This document shows positions 12,493-24,967 of a stretch of 64,000 nucleotides of DNA, in pieces (positions within the stretch are counted from its first letter, which is position 1; the number at the start of each line of letters is the position of its first letter). The notes beneath the pieces were generated by a model. It was not told the DNA's origin. It saw nothing but the letters and a program-made list of their open reading frames with translations, and did not search any database. The stretch is from Hydrolagus colliei (taxonomy: Eukaryota), in assembly GCA_035084275.1 (NCBI GenBank), contig CM068747.1, forward strand, positions 23,250,001 to 23,314,000. The letters are read 5' to 3'. Made by a program: the position numbers and the translations under genes.

Positions 12493-12771
12493 AACCTCCT
12501 TCTTTTAGCAAGGAAGTTGAACAAGCTGAGGTAGTCAAAGGACTCAATCACACTCTGCAATGCGAGTTGCTCGGTACACCTCCCTTTGAAGTTACCTGGC
12601 ACAAAGACAAAAAGCAGGTTCGAAGCAGTAAGAAATACAGAATGATCTGCCAGAACACTCGGGCTTCCCTGCACATTAGTTCCTTCGAGTTCTCAGATGT
12701 TGGTGATTATCAGTGCACCGTTTCTAATGAAGTAGGAAAATGTTCATGTGGGGCTTCAGTAAAGATAAAAG
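12493..12771 (+). CDS. TTN: Titin Ig exon, SR1-B
   Basis: 279 bp, AG/GT; EPPSFSKEVEQAEVVKG. Confidence 0.95.
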
Positions 12772-12934
12772 GTTAGTCACGTGGTTTTTTGTTACAAAGT
12801 GCTTCTTAGAAAAAAATTCGAAATTACTTTTATCTGTTGCCATAACGAGATGCTTATGAATTTTCCATTGGCCATATCAATGGATACAACAAAACCAGAT
12901 TGTCATCTGTACATGTTTGTTCATTCCAACTTAG

Positions 12935-13213
12935 AACCCCCTATGTTTACGAGGAAGATTGAAAACGTCACTTCACTTTTGGAGAGCGTTGCTGTGTTTC
13001 AATGCACCGTGAAGGGTTCAGCTCCTATCACTCTTACTTGGGTAAAAGATAAAAATATTGTCACCCAGAGCGACAATATCAAAATGACTTTTGAGGACAA
13101 TATTGGGACGCTTCAAATTGCTGCTGTTGAAATGAAAAATAGTGGGAAGTACTCCTGTGAGATCGAAAATGAAGCTGGAAGTCAGAAATGCCTTGCAATA
13201 CTGACTGTGAAAG
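12935..13213 (+). CDS. TTN: Titin Ig exon, SR1-C
   Basis: 279 bp; EPPMFTRKIENVTSLL. Confidence 0.95.
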
Positions 13214-13321
13214 GTCAGTTTAGCCACGTACAACACGTTCATTCACGAATCCTTCTTTATAGAATGGTGAAGTCTTAAACTGGTAAGTTCTCTTAATGGT
13301 ATCCATTTGATTTTGTCACAG

Positions 13322-13600
13322 AACCTGCAAAAATCATAGAGAAAGCAGAGCCCATCAGTGTGACTGCAGGGGACCCAGCAACTCTGGAGTTCATTATAGC
13401 TGGTACACCAGAACTCAAAGCTAAATGGTTCAAGGATGGCAATGAGTTATTATCTCCAAGGAAATATAAGACCATTCTTACAGACAAGGTGGCAAGCCTA
13501 AAGATATTCTCCGTAGAAAGAGGTGATAGCGGCAAATATTCTTTTGAAGTCAACAATGACGTTGGTAGTTGCAGTTGTGAAACATCTATCACTGTGCTGG
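13322..13600 (+). CDS. TTN: Titin Ig exon, SR1-D
   Basis: 279 bp; EPAKIIEKAEPISVTAGDP. Confidence 0.95.
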
Positions 13601-13713
13601 GTTAGTATAACATTACACTATTGTTATTTCTATGTCATCTTTACTTATAAATGTAAGTACTGTACATCTTTAATTGGATTCCAATAACTCCATTACTTTG
13701 TTACTTTGGACAG

Positions 13714-14001
13714 ATCGTATGATCGCTCCTTCATTCACTAAAAAACTCCGGAAGGAGTCAGGCATCTTGGGCAGTTCGTCACAACTGGAATGCAAATTCT
13801 CCGGTTCCATTCCCATCGTCACCTCTTGGTACAAAGACGAAAAAGAACTGTCGGTCAGTGATAAATACAAAATAACATGTCGCGACAATACCGCTAGTCT
13901 GGAGATTAGTCACCTGGAGCTTTCAGACGGTGGAACCTATTCCTGCAAAGCTACAAATCCTGCGGGAAAGGATGAATGCAGTGGGGTTTTAGCTGTCCAA
14001 G
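13714..14001 (+). CDS. TTN: Titin Ig exon, SR1-E
   Basis: 288 bp; DRMIAPSFTKKLRK. Confidence 0.95.
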
Positions 14002-14332
14002 GTTTGAATCATTCATTTCCAATTAATTTGATGCTGCTCACATTATTTTGTTTCTCCTCTCGTTTTAAAGCTTTATCAAATCTATTCTGTGCTTATATGT
14101 ACATTTTTTAAACATACGTATGTTTTTTAAAATGTAGAAACACATATATGTTTTTTCATTAATAACTCATATAATGCCCATTTGTTGTTGCACTTGCTTT
14201 CACATAAATTCTGGGCAAAACACAACGACAACTTGCCTTTATTTATCCCTCAAGCAGGGTTAATGGCAAAAAACTTGCTTGCCCCATTTTCATTTATGAT
14301 TGATTTGCTTTTTTTTTCTGAATGCCTTTTAG

Positions 14333-14611
14333 AGCCTCCAAGTTTCCTTGTCAAACCAATATCAGAGCAAGTAGTACCTAGTTCATCAGTGAAGTTCAAG
14401 GCTGTCATCGATGGAACGCCTCCGTTTACAATAAAATGGATCAAGGGGAACACAGAGCTGGTGACTGGCGGTAGCTGCTTCATCATGAAGGACAATACCT
14501 CGACTTTCCTTGAACTTGTTTCGGTGAAACCTTCTGACATGGGTGACTACACTTGCGAAATCAGCAACGATGCAGGGACAATTTCAAGTACAGCAAATCT
14601 TTTTGTGAAAG
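14333..14611 (+). CDS. TTN: Titin Ig exon, SR1-F
   Basis: 279 bp; EPPSFLVKPISEQVVP. Confidence 0.95.
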
Positions 14612-14867
14612 GTGCGATTTTATGTTACAATTCTTAAGAGAGCTATAGTTTCTAACTTTCCTTTCGCTATTCTCTACCTCTAGTTGTATCAAAGTTCCTC
14701 CAGTACTACATGGTGCATATTTGTTTGTGTGTACATATATTTAACAGTTGAAATTATCAATCGCTGTGAACAGGCATGAATCTTTTTGTCTTTGTTTTCG
14801 TCTGTGTCTTCTTTTATTTTCATGTGCCTTTTACGTGAATTATTCTTTGATATCTTGATTTTTATAG

Positions 14868-15149
14868 AACCCCCAGTGTTCCTCAGGAAACTGGAGTCAT
14901 CAAAGTTACTGAAACAGGGTGATTCAGCACGATTTGAGTGTGAAGTGACTGGCACACCTGAAATTCGAGTTACCTGGTACAAGAATGACGAGAAGATTCA
15001 GGCTAGTGACAGATACAGGATGTCATTTGTTGACTCTGTACCAGTTCTTGAAATTCTTAACGCCACTGTGGAAGTCAGTGGTGAATACATTTGTGAAGCC
15101 CAGAATGAAGCTGGGAGCGAGAGTTGCAGTGTTACAGTAACAGTCAAAG
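14868..15149 (+). CDS. TTN: Titin Ig exon, SR2-A
   Basis: 282 bp; EPPVFLRKLESSKLLKQG. Confidence 0.95.
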
Positions 15150-15278
15150 GTCTGTCCATATTGTCTTTCTTTTAGTGTTCCATAATCAGGAAACATCTCT
15201 CTGAGATGATGAATGCTTTTCTGGCCGTGAGTGTTACAGAACCCTCTTTGATTGAATTTATTGTGTGTTCCTTTGTAG

Positions 15279-15557
15279 AACCACCATCTTTCAGGAAAGA
15301 ACTTGAAAGTCTTGAGGTGCTGAAAGCCTCTGAAGTCATTCTTGAGTGTCAAGTGGCTGGTACAGCCCCATATGATGTCACGTGGTTCAAGGACGATAAA
15401 CAAATCCGACCAAGCAAAAGGTTTAAGACAATCTGTCAAAACTCTTCCATTAGGTTGCATGTTCTTTCATTCGACACTTTAGATGCCGGTGAATACCATT
15501 GCAAGGTATCTAACGAAATAGGAAGTTGTGAGTGCAGCTCTTCGGTGACATTGAAAG
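15279..15557 (+). CDS. TTN: Titin Ig exon, SR2-B
   Basis: 279 bp; EPPSFRKELESLEVLK. Confidence 0.95.
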
Positions 15558-15690
15558 GTTGGTGAAGACTTAACAAGTGCCTTTCTTTCCATTACAATAC
15601 AATTCTTGTTTCAGTATCGTAGTATGACTCTTTACTGGAATGGACCCATTGACAAAATCTCTTACTCTTGGTATTTTATTTCACACCCAG

Positions 15691-15969
15691 CGGCCCCGTC
15701 ATTTGTTAAGAAGATCGACAATCTTTCCGTGCTCCTGGGAAGCTCGGCTGTGTTCCAGTGCTCTGTGAAAGGGTCCAGCCCAATTTCCATAGCCTGGCAA
15801 AAAGATAAAGACAATGTCAAAGAAGATGATAACATTAAAATCACTTTTGAGAAGAATGTAGCCACACTGCAGATTGCATGCGTTGAAAACCATCACAGTG
15901 GAAAGTTCCTCTGTGAGGCAAAGAATGCCGCAGGAAGCCAAAAGTGTGTTGCTGCTTTGGTAGTGAAAG
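15691..15969 (+). CDS. TTN: Titin Ig exon, SR2-C
   Basis: 279 bp; AAPSFVKKIDNLSVLLG. Confidence 0.95.
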
Positions 15970-16220
15970 GTTGGTTCAGATATTATTAGATAAAGTGTGT
16001 TATCTTTCAACTGTGGCAACCACTCTGAATGTAATAACAGTTATTTGTAACTGTACAGGGGGCGATTCAGTTTTAAATCATCCAAATGAAGTGCAATACC
16101 ATCTGGAAGATTGTTACAGAAATCGACACAGGTTTACTGAGAACCATAAGCTTTTCTTTAATTTAAAAAAACATCTAAAATGCAATGTAATTAAAAGTTG
16201 AGTTTGATGTTAACATGGGT

Positions 16221-16725
16221 GTTAGCCTGGCTCGTTCTTTGAGCCACAAGGTTGTGGGTTCAAGCCTCAACAACAACAACAAAAATACACTTGTATAGCA
16301 CCTTTTATGTCAGGAGGACATCCCAAGGCGCTGAAAGCCTCAAGTCATGACTTTGAAATCCTGTCATCTTGGCTGACACTCCAGCACAAGGCTGGGAAAG
16401 CATTGCATAGTTGCAAGAACCGTCCCATCGATCAGACATTAAACTGAGGTCCTATCTACCTGCTCAGGTGGATGTTAAAGATCTTTTGGCATCAATTGAA
16501 AAGAGAAGGGGATCTTCTCCCGGTGTCCTGATTAAAAAATCTCCAGATAATAAATTGGTCATTCACTTCATGGCTGCTTGTGGGACAATGCTGTGTGCAA
16601 ATTGACTTCTGCATTTGCCTGCAAAATGTACTCAATGCACTTCACAGGAAGCCCTTCTTCAAGACGTCTACCTGAAGTGAAATCGTCATGTGCATCATAT
16701 CAAATGCAAGGAATGTTATTGTTAT
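16221..16725 (+). mobile_element. Deu-domain SINE (SacSINE1/AmnSINE1-like) with a nested 64-bp insert
   Basis: tRNA-like head GGTTGTGGGTTCAAG; body GCTGACACTCCAG..TAAACTGAGGTCC..CTCAGGTGGATGTTAAAGATC..CCCGGTGTCCTG..TGTGGGACAATGCTGTGTGCAAATTG resembles the Deu core as recalled. Confidence 0.75.
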
Positions 16726-17913
16726 TTATAATGTAAGATATAATAGGTTAAGAAAATGTTAAGAAATAGGATACATATAATGTTGCTGGATTCTTGCTTG
16801 TCAAGTGATCACGTGGGCTGGGGAATGTACTGAGCTACAAGCATAACTAAGTGGCTGCGTGGTACAGTGGGAAACAGAGTTACCATAAAAATGGGGAGAC
16901 GTATTGAAACTGAGGGAATATTATTTTAAGATGGTCCTAGTGAGTGTAACTAAGCCAAGGAAAGAAGGGAGGAGAGTTTATGCAGAGGCATTTAAGCTAC
17001 TCAAATGGAAGAGAAGTGTACTACAGTGTTTGCTAGTTGTTGGATTGTCATTCAAAAGTAAATAATGATTTGTGTAAGTAGATAATATTATGATTACTGC
17101 AGGTAATTGTGTGTATATGTAGTGTTGTAATTATTGGAGGTCCATGTGGACTAATGATTAGAAGGGCTATTACAATCTGGAATACCAATCAAGTCATACA
17201 ATCTAAATATAGTCGTCCTTGCATTTGACAGAGCATTTTCACATTAGGAAGATTTCTTGAAGCACTTCACAGGATTTACTGTGAAGTGTGGTGACTGTGG
17301 TTTTTTGCAGGCAAATCTCTAAGTGGTAGAGTTGTGAAAGGGTAATGTTATTTATGAAGCATTAGTAAACAGTTGTCAACTTAAGACTGGCCCGTTAGGG
17401 CTTTGCTGTACTTCTGAGGTTCATGGCTGAGCCTGACTGGCTGTTGAATAATCAACAACAACCACAAAGAAAATCACATTTGTGTGGTGCCTTTCAAGTT
17501 GAGAGGATGTACCAAGGTGCTGGCAGTAAACCAGTGCCTGGACTGTCTCCTTGGAGCCAGTTCAAGCCCAGGGAAAATCCACTTACCAAAAGGAGGATAT
17601 GTATGTCACATAACTTATTTTATCTACCTCAACAAGGTAAAGTGTTGAATAGACCCATTGTGATTTGTACATAGGACCCCTATGTCCAAAATCTGGTGCT
17701 CGATAAACTGAGCTACCTGGGATTAAGGAAACTATAAATAAATAACTCTGATCAATTCAATATAAAAGATCAAAAGAGAGCAAGCCAAATGGGCCGAAAT
17801 GGTCTTTTCTTATTTCTTCCTTTCTTTATATTCTTATGTTCTTCTATTCTTCCTCATTTATCTTAAATATGGTGTTGTATTGCCATGTTCTTACACTCTT
17901 ATTTTTGACACAG

Positions 17914-18192
17914 AACCTGCAAATATCATAGAGAAGGCAGAATCCATCAGTGTAACTGCAGGAGATTCAGCAACTCTGGAGTGCAGTTTCACAGGAACAC
18001 CCGAGATTGCAGCCACATGGTTTAAGAATGGCACACAGTTGATGTCTGATAGAAAATATAAAATTAATACCACTCATAAAGTAACTAGTTTAAAGATTCT
18101 AGCCACAGAGAAAGCAGACAGCGCTGAATATACTTGTGAGGTGAAGAATGATGTTGGCAGCAGTAGCTGCCAAGCTGCTGTAACAGTATTAG
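17914..18192 (+). CDS. TTN: Titin Ig exon, SR2-D
   Basis: 279 bp; EPANIIEKAESISVTAG. Confidence 0.95.
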
Positions 18193-18306
18193 GTTGGTAT
18201 CAATGTTTTCTTCTGCTTAGATGCCTCTTTCAAAAGAACAATTTTGTTCAGTAACTTTTCCTTCGAAGACATGACAGCGGTTGCATTTTTACCATGTGTT
18301 GGGCAG

Positions 18307-18594
18307 ATCGCACAGTCCCTCCGTCATTCAAGCGGAAGCTAAAGCCGATGGATGGCTTGAAAACTTCTTTCGTTAAGATGGAATGCAAGATCTCTGGATC
18401 GGTTCCTATGAATTTGCTGTGGTACAAAGATGACAAAGAGATAACAGCCGATGAAAAATATAAAATCTCATTTCACGATAATATGGCACAGTTGGAAATT
18501 CACCAACTAGAGATGAGCGATGCTGGAAAGTACACTTGTACTGCAACAAATGCAGCTGGGAGTGACCAGTGCAGTGGTGCCTTAACTATAAAAG
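18307..18594 (+). CDS. TTN: Titin Ig exon, SR2-E
   Basis: 288 bp; DRTVPPSFKRKLKPMDG. Confidence 0.95.
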
Positions 18595-18854
18595 GTTTGA
18601 ATTTTGATACTGTTCTGGCTCAGTCTTGTTGAAGTGCCTCCTCGAGTTCTTAACTTAGCTAACACCTGTTTGATCGCTGCGACCATAACTTATCATTCCA
18701 TCTTAGTCTGCCACGTTAACCAAACATGGTTGGAATCCCATGCTTTAGGGACGTATCATCCTTCATTTGACCAATCTTTTCAAAGTAAAGCTTCGTCCTC
18801 ATTTTACCTTTGTGTTAATGGCCACTTTTGCAATTTTCCTCCGGAAATGTTTAG

Positions 18855-19133
18855 AGCCTCCATACTTCACTATGAAGCCGCTGTCCCAAGACATAGTGCC
18901 TGGCACCAAAGTGCAGTTTAGAAGCGTTGTAAGTGGAACACCTCCAATGACTACGAAATGGTTCAAGGACAACAAGGAGTTGATATCTAGTCCATCGTGT
19001 TACATTTCAAAGGAAGGATCAACAAGTTTGCTCCAGCTCTTTTCGGCAAGCGTATCAGACACGGGTGACTACACATGCCAAGTCAGCAATGAAGTTGGAA
19101 CAGTGACATGTGGCGCAAAACTCTTTGTGAAAG
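18855..19133 (+). CDS. TTN: Titin Ig exon, SR2-F
   Basis: 279 bp; EPPYFTMKPLSQDIVPG. Confidence 0.95.
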
Positions 19134-20154
19134 GTGTGAATTTTCTCATAGTGTTTCCACCGAACACTGTAAATTTTCTTTGAATTTTATTGCGAAAATC
19201 ATTGTAACTTCTTCTTATTCCTTCTGTTCCAGTCTGCGTCTAACATGTTTTGTGCTCTGTCTTTATTTGATTGATTTTGCTTTACACACAAACTGAACAA
19301 TCTTGGCTTTCATGTTGATGCTATTTAATATTTGTTGTTGTTCTCAGAGAAAATGGAAAACCTCAATTTTAAGCTGTTGTAAGTTTTTTTGGTCATAATT
19401 TGATGATGTGCATTCTGAAACGATTTGGTTTAAACTTATAAGGAGATTATGTAGGAAATTGTCAAATAATATTTTCTAAAGAAAATGTGACTCATGAGCC
19501 CAAAGGGTGAGTGAGTTGTGTCATCTGAAGCCATAAGGTGGTTCATCTTCGGGTAAGTATCTTATTTGTAACATGGGTGTGGCTTTGCGTCCATGTATAT
19601 GGTATAACATATAATCATATATGTTAGTAACAAGTTAGTTTCACAAATCAAGGATCCAAATGATTTAAATATAATTGTAACATGTCAAATTATATATTTT
19701 TTTAAATGGGGGAGGGGGTGGGGGGCAAGTAATTTTCCTGATATCGTCAAAGATATGTAAAGTCTGTCAAAATGTTTTTGTAAAGTTTTCAAAGGCCACT
19801 GACATTTGGATGAACATGCCTTTCTTGATATTGCAAGGTGCCAGATGTACTCTATTCAATGGCTATTGATATTTGACATCTATGACCTTGGTTGATGTGG
19901 TTTTAACTTTGTGCATCATATGAGTTCAGTTCAGGAAGTGAGGAGGTTTTGAGTATAGACAGGTTTAAAATAGAAATTAGATGGACATTTGTTTTCTTAG
20001 TGCAACGGTTATGATGGCTTCTCAACACTGCTTTATTTTAGCAGACGCTTTACTTTCCATGTCTCATCCATTACTATTCAAATACCTCATCTGAACATGC
20101 GTGATGACCAATTGCTTTTCTTGGGATTAATTTCGATACACTTTGCCTTTGTAG

Positions 20155-20436
20155 AACCACCAACCTTCGTTCTGAAACCAGATCCCACAGCATTGCTGAA
20201 AAAGGGAGGTTCAGCGTCTTTTGAATGCACTGTAACAGGCACGCCTGATATCAAAGTTACCTGGTACAAGTATGAAACTGAAATTCAACCAACTAACCAG
20301 TTCAGAACGTCGTTTGTTGATTCGGTGTCAATGCTTGAGATTATCAATGCCAGTGTGGAGGACAGTGGTGAATACATTTGCCAAGCGCAGAATGAAGCCG
20401 GGACTGACAGATGCATTGTCACAGTTACAGTTAAAG
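20155..20436 (+). CDS. TTN: Titin Ig exon, SR3-A
   Basis: 282 bp; EPPTFVLKPDPTALLKKG. Confidence 0.95.
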
Positions 20437-20556
20437 GTCTGTGGCCGTGTCTTATTGCGAACAATATGGTACAAGCAATTGCAAGTCATTTTCTTCAGAA
20501 ATCTTTCAGTTTGGTTGATATCCGAATCCTTTTGTTGTGTGTCCTTTTTCTTTTAG

Positions 20557-20835
20557 AACCTCCTTCTTTTAGAAAGGAGCTTGATGCAGTTGAGGTGGTA
20601 AAAGCCACTGATCTGAGTCTTGAGTGTGAAGTGGCTGGCACAATCCCTTTCGAAGTCACTTGGTTTAAGGACAATAAGCAAATCCGATCTAGTAAAAAAT
20701 TCCAGATGTCCGATAGACGCTCATTAGTCAGTCTTTACATTCAAAAGATCGATAGCTCAGACGTGGGTGAATACAAGTGCAAAGTAACAAATGATGTGGG
20801 AAGTTGCACTTGCTCTGCCGGAGTTCAATTGAAAG
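20557..20835 (+). CDS. TTN: Titin Ig exon, SR3-B
   Basis: 279 bp; EPPSFRKELDAVEVVK. Confidence 0.95.
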
Positions 20836-20989
20836 GTCAGTTCAGCAGATGTTTGCAGACCATTCGCTTTTTTCTTTGGGACGTTTGCAATTTTACAGTA
20901 TTTTTGTTAGTTTTCACTTGATTCATGTTGCAAAAGCATATCCAGTGCACTAACATTTGATTTGTATAACTTTTTAACTTCAAAATCAG

Positions 20990-21268
20990 AACCCCCCTCA
21001 TTTGTGCAGAAGATTGCGAACGTGATGGCATTAGCAGGAAACTCAGCCACTTTTGAAGGCTGCGTGAGAGGCTCGTCTCCTCTGTCTGTTACCTGGATGA
21101 AAGACAAGGATGAAATCCGAGAAGATGATAATATTAAAATTTATTTTGAGAACAATACCACTGTACTTCAAATTGCTGCTGTTGAACACAGTCACAGTGG
21201 AAAGTACACATGCCAGGCCAGCAATGATGCAGGCATTGAGAAGTGTTTTGCTACCTTGTTAGTTACAG
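20990..21268 (+). CDS. TTN: Titin Ig exon, SR3-C
   Basis: 279 bp; EPPSFVQKIANVMALAG. Confidence 0.95.
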
Positions 21269-21344
21269 GTTAGTATGAGCTAAATATATAGGTTTATGGT
21301 TCATTCTTTGTCACTGAATTAATTTAACTTCAGTTAGTCATTGA

Positions 21345-21745
21345 ACAACAACAATGCTTTCATTTATGTAGCACTTATGACAGTATCACAGAGGAAGGCT
21401 GGAGGTGACTGGAAGTACGATCAAAAAGAAAGGTCTTCAGATGGGATTTAGAAGTAGGGAGTGAGGGAGCAAGGCAGAGAGATTAAGAGAGAGTTCCAGA
21501 CTTTTGAGGCATAGTGGCTGAAGGAACTGCCTCCGATGGTGGAACAGAGGGGACGAGGGACAAACAAGAGGCCGGAGCCAGCTGAGCAGAGACAGCGGGT
21601 GATGGAGTTGGGGATTAGCTGATCGGATAGCTAGGGAGATGCAAGGGCGTAAAGGGATTCAAAAATGAGTGAGAGAATCTTAAAATCAATCCGTTCTGTG
21701 ATTGTGAGCCAGTGGAGCCTAGCAAGTACTGGTGTGATGCGGGTA
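21345..21745 (-). mobile_element. L2-clade LINE 3' end
   Basis: Reverse strand reads ITPVLARLHWLTITERIDFKILSLIF, then 3' UTR and a (TTG)n tail. Confidence 0.85.
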
Positions 21746-21819
21746 AGGAGGTTTGAGCTTTAAAGATGCAAATCATCGTTCTTATTCCTTCTAATGAGGT
21801 AGTATGATTTTTCTCACAG

Positions 21820-22098
21820 AACCCGCACAAATCCTAGAGAAAACAGAACCACTAAGTGTTACTTCAGGAACCACAGCAATTTTGGAATGTGTTGTAGCTG
21901 GCACACCCGAACTCAAAGTAAAATGGTTCAAGAATGGAGAGGAGGTGACATCCAGCAGGAAATATAAAATAAGCTTTGTGAATAAGGTGGCCAGCCTGAA
22001 GGTTCTGTCTGTTGATAAGGATGACAGTGGAGCGTATACTTTCGAGGTCAAGAATGAGTTTGGACAAGAGAGCTATAAGACGTCTTTGACGGTGCTAG
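21820..22098 (+). CDS. TTN: Titin Ig exon, SR3-D
   Basis: 279 bp; EPAQILEKTEPLSVTSG. Confidence 0.95.
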
Positions 22099-22486
22099 GT
22101 TGGTGAATTTGTGCATTGAAAGCTTTGCTCATATAAAACATGCATTTCAAAAGAAATCATTTCCAGTCTAATTTAATAAATGAAGGCTTGTAAATGCTCT
22201 AATGCTCTGGCATCATATCTGAATATTGGTGTTATCATATTACCTTTTGTAGTAGAAAATATCAATATTCAGATTGAGTCTGGGGTATTCGATTGGCTTG
22301 TAGGCATTGAGGATATCATCTACAACCATAATTATATCCTTAGTTCTTCATGTCCACATTCACCACGCTCATGCTTTGAATAGCTTAAGGGACATTACAA
22401 GTACTTTAAGAACAACATTGCAAACCATTGCAAAAATCTGCTGCTTTCAGCTGACAACCTTTGTTTTATTGCTCTGTGTTGGACAG

Positions 22487-22774
22487 ATCGAATGATTGCT
22501 CCATCATTTACAAGAAAGTTAAAGAAAATGGATAACATATTAGGGGCTTTGATGCACATGGAATGCAAAGTGTCTGGTTCTCATCCAATCAGCATTTCTT
22601 GGTGCAAAGATAACAAAGAGATAATGGCAAATGACAAATACGCAATATCATTTGAAGACAACACATCAGTGTTGGAGATCGCTCAACTTGAAATCGCGGA
22701 TGATGGAAATTACTATTGCAAAGCAACAAATGATGCTGGAAGTTGTGAATGCAGTGGATCCTTATCCGTTAAAG
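22487..22774 (+). CDS. TTN: Titin Ig exon, SR3-E
   Basis: 288 bp; DRMIAPSFTRKLKKMDN. Confidence 0.95.
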
Positions 22775-23055
22775 GTTTGAAGACCACATTACCACCCCCC
22801 CACATTCCACTTCTACTTTAACATTCATCAAATGCTAATTTTCCAATGATAAAATTCACTGCTTTTTTTTTGTTGGCAACTGCAAATATACTGTTTCCAT
22901 TTCCAGATTTTACTTCGCATAAATTTGTTTTTGCTAGTTAAATTTTGTTCAATATTAAGATGCTGGAATTGCACTTTTTTTTTTGAAACGATAGCTTTTT
23001 ATTTTCCTTGCGGCTAATTTCACTAATTTTTTTCTTCCTCTTAAATAAATTATAG

Positions 23056-23334
23056 AGCCACCAAGCTTTGTAGAAAAAATAGTATCCCAAGGTAGCATAC
23101 TTGGATCCACAGTGCACTTTAGGAGTGTTGTCACAGGAACTCTTCCACTGTCTGTGAAATGGTTCAAAGGAAGCCGGGAACTGAAGCCGGGTACAGCATG
23201 TTCCATTTGGAATGAAGGCTCAACACACTTCATGGAACTAATCTCAACTAAAGTGACTGATGCTGGTGGTTATACCTGCAAAGTCAGCAATGACGTTGGT
23301 GCAGAAACCTGTCATGCAGAACTACTCATAAAAG
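23056..23334 (+). CDS. TTN: Titin Ig exon, SR3-F
   Basis: 279 bp; EPPSFVEKIVSQGSILG. Confidence 0.95.
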
Positions 23335-23570
23335 GTGTGCATGTTTGGAACTCTTATTAGCTAACGATTGAGATTTGTATAACACTCTTTCTTACTTAGT
23401 TACGTTGAAAGGTACGTATCTGTCTGAAGTTCGTTTTTCAGTCTGTTTGTCTGTCGTTTATGTTCTTTGTCCGCAACCAGGTCCTAAATATTGAAAAGCG
23501 TGGATTGCAATTTCAATTACTCTATACCTTTAAGTTCAGTGCACTGGTTAATTACGTTTCATTCCTCTAG

Positions 23571-23852
23571 AACCTCCAACTTTTACTCAGAAGCCAGCTC
23601 CTACAGCAGTATTAAAAACTGGAGAGTTTGGACGTTTTGAATGCAAAATAGTCGGTACACCGGAAATCACAGTGACTTGGTATCTCAATAACAATGAAAT
23701 TAGAGCCAGTGAGAAATACAGGATATCATTTGTAAACTCATTGGCACTGCTGGAAATTGCTGGGATAAGCATGGAAGTCAGTGGCGATTATTCCTGCGAA
23801 GCACAGAACGAAGCTGGTAGCAACGGTTGCAACTTTGTGGTACAAGTTAAAG
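23571..23852 (+). CDS. TTN: Titin Ig exon, SR4-A
   Basis: 282 bp; EPPTFTQKPAPTAVLKTG. Confidence 0.95.
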
Positions 23853-23947
23853 GTTTGTAACACAAGTACCGTACAGGATTGAGCGTTTTACTGGCTGCAT
23901 TCTCGATCTTTTCTAGTAAATCATATATCACTGTGTTTGCTCCTTAG

Positions 23948-24226
23948 AACCACCTATGTTTACCAAGAAGCTTGAATCTGTAGAGGTAGTGAAAACAAAC
24001 GATGTGCCTCTTGAATGTGAGGTGACTGGTACAGGTCCTTTTGAAGTTGCATGGTATAAGGACAGTAAGCACATTCGACCTAGTAAAAAATACCTGATGA
24101 CTTCTGATGATTCATTAGCCAGCCTTTGCATTCTAAAATCTGACTTCTCAGATGTTGGTGAATACAAATGTACAGTAAAGAATGATGTGGGCAGTTGTTC
24201 CTGTAGTGCTGGAGTCAGTTTGAAAG
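23948..24226 (+). CDS. TTN: Titin Ig exon, SR4-B
   Basis: 279 bp; EPPMFTKKLESVEVVK. Confidence 0.95.
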
Positions 24227-24252
24227 GTCAGTTGCAGTTTTACTATTATGAT

Positions 24253-24398
24253 GATAATAATAATAATAATAATCCTTGCATTTGATGTAGCGCATTATCA
24301 CATAGTCGAGACATCCCAAAGCGCTCACAGAGTATATTGTAAAGCGGATTGTCGGTGTATTTTGTGGCCGAAACGTGGCCGCCAATTGCGCACAGCAG
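24253..24398 (-). mobile_element. tRNA-SINE 3' half, antisense
   Basis: (AAT)n CCTTGCATTTGATGTAGCGC...GCCAATTGCGCACAGCA is the reverse complement of the SINE tail. Confidence 0.8.
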
Positions 24399-24521
24399 AA
24401 TGTCAAAGTATTTTCTTCTCCACTATTTACCATCCGCTTAAAAGTGATGAAAACATTTCAGTGTTGCGGGAGTGAAATATTTTCACATAACCTGAACACA
24501 TGACTGTTTATTTTAAACTAG

Positions 24522-24800
24522 AGCCCCCAGGATTTACAAAGAAGTTTGACAATATGACGGTGTTTGCTGGGAAAACCACCGTATTTCAATGCCTGGTAAC
24601 AGGCTCCAAACCTCTGTATGTAACTTGGATAAAAGATAAAGATGATGTGAAAGAGGATGGAGATATAATCATGTCATTTGAGAACAATATTGCCACCCTG
24701 CAAATAAACGCCACAGGAAAAAAACATGCAGGGAAATATATTTGTCAGGCCATGAACGATGCTGGAACTGAGAAGTGTTCTGCCACATTGTTGGTAGCAG
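24522..24800 (+). CDS. TTN: Titin Ig exon, SR4-C
   Basis: 279 bp; EPPGFTKKFDNMTVFAG. Confidence 0.95.
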
Positions 24801-24967
24801 GTCAGTGGACTAAAAGTTGGGATAAGCTTTGCTACATCGCATGATGTTGCCAACTAAATGTGGATTCTTTATTGATCCAAAGCTTTTTTTTAAAGAGAAG
24901 CAAAGCAACATCCTTGCCCAACACCGTGACGTTCTCCTACTGAAGAGAGTTTGTTTCCTTCTCACAG

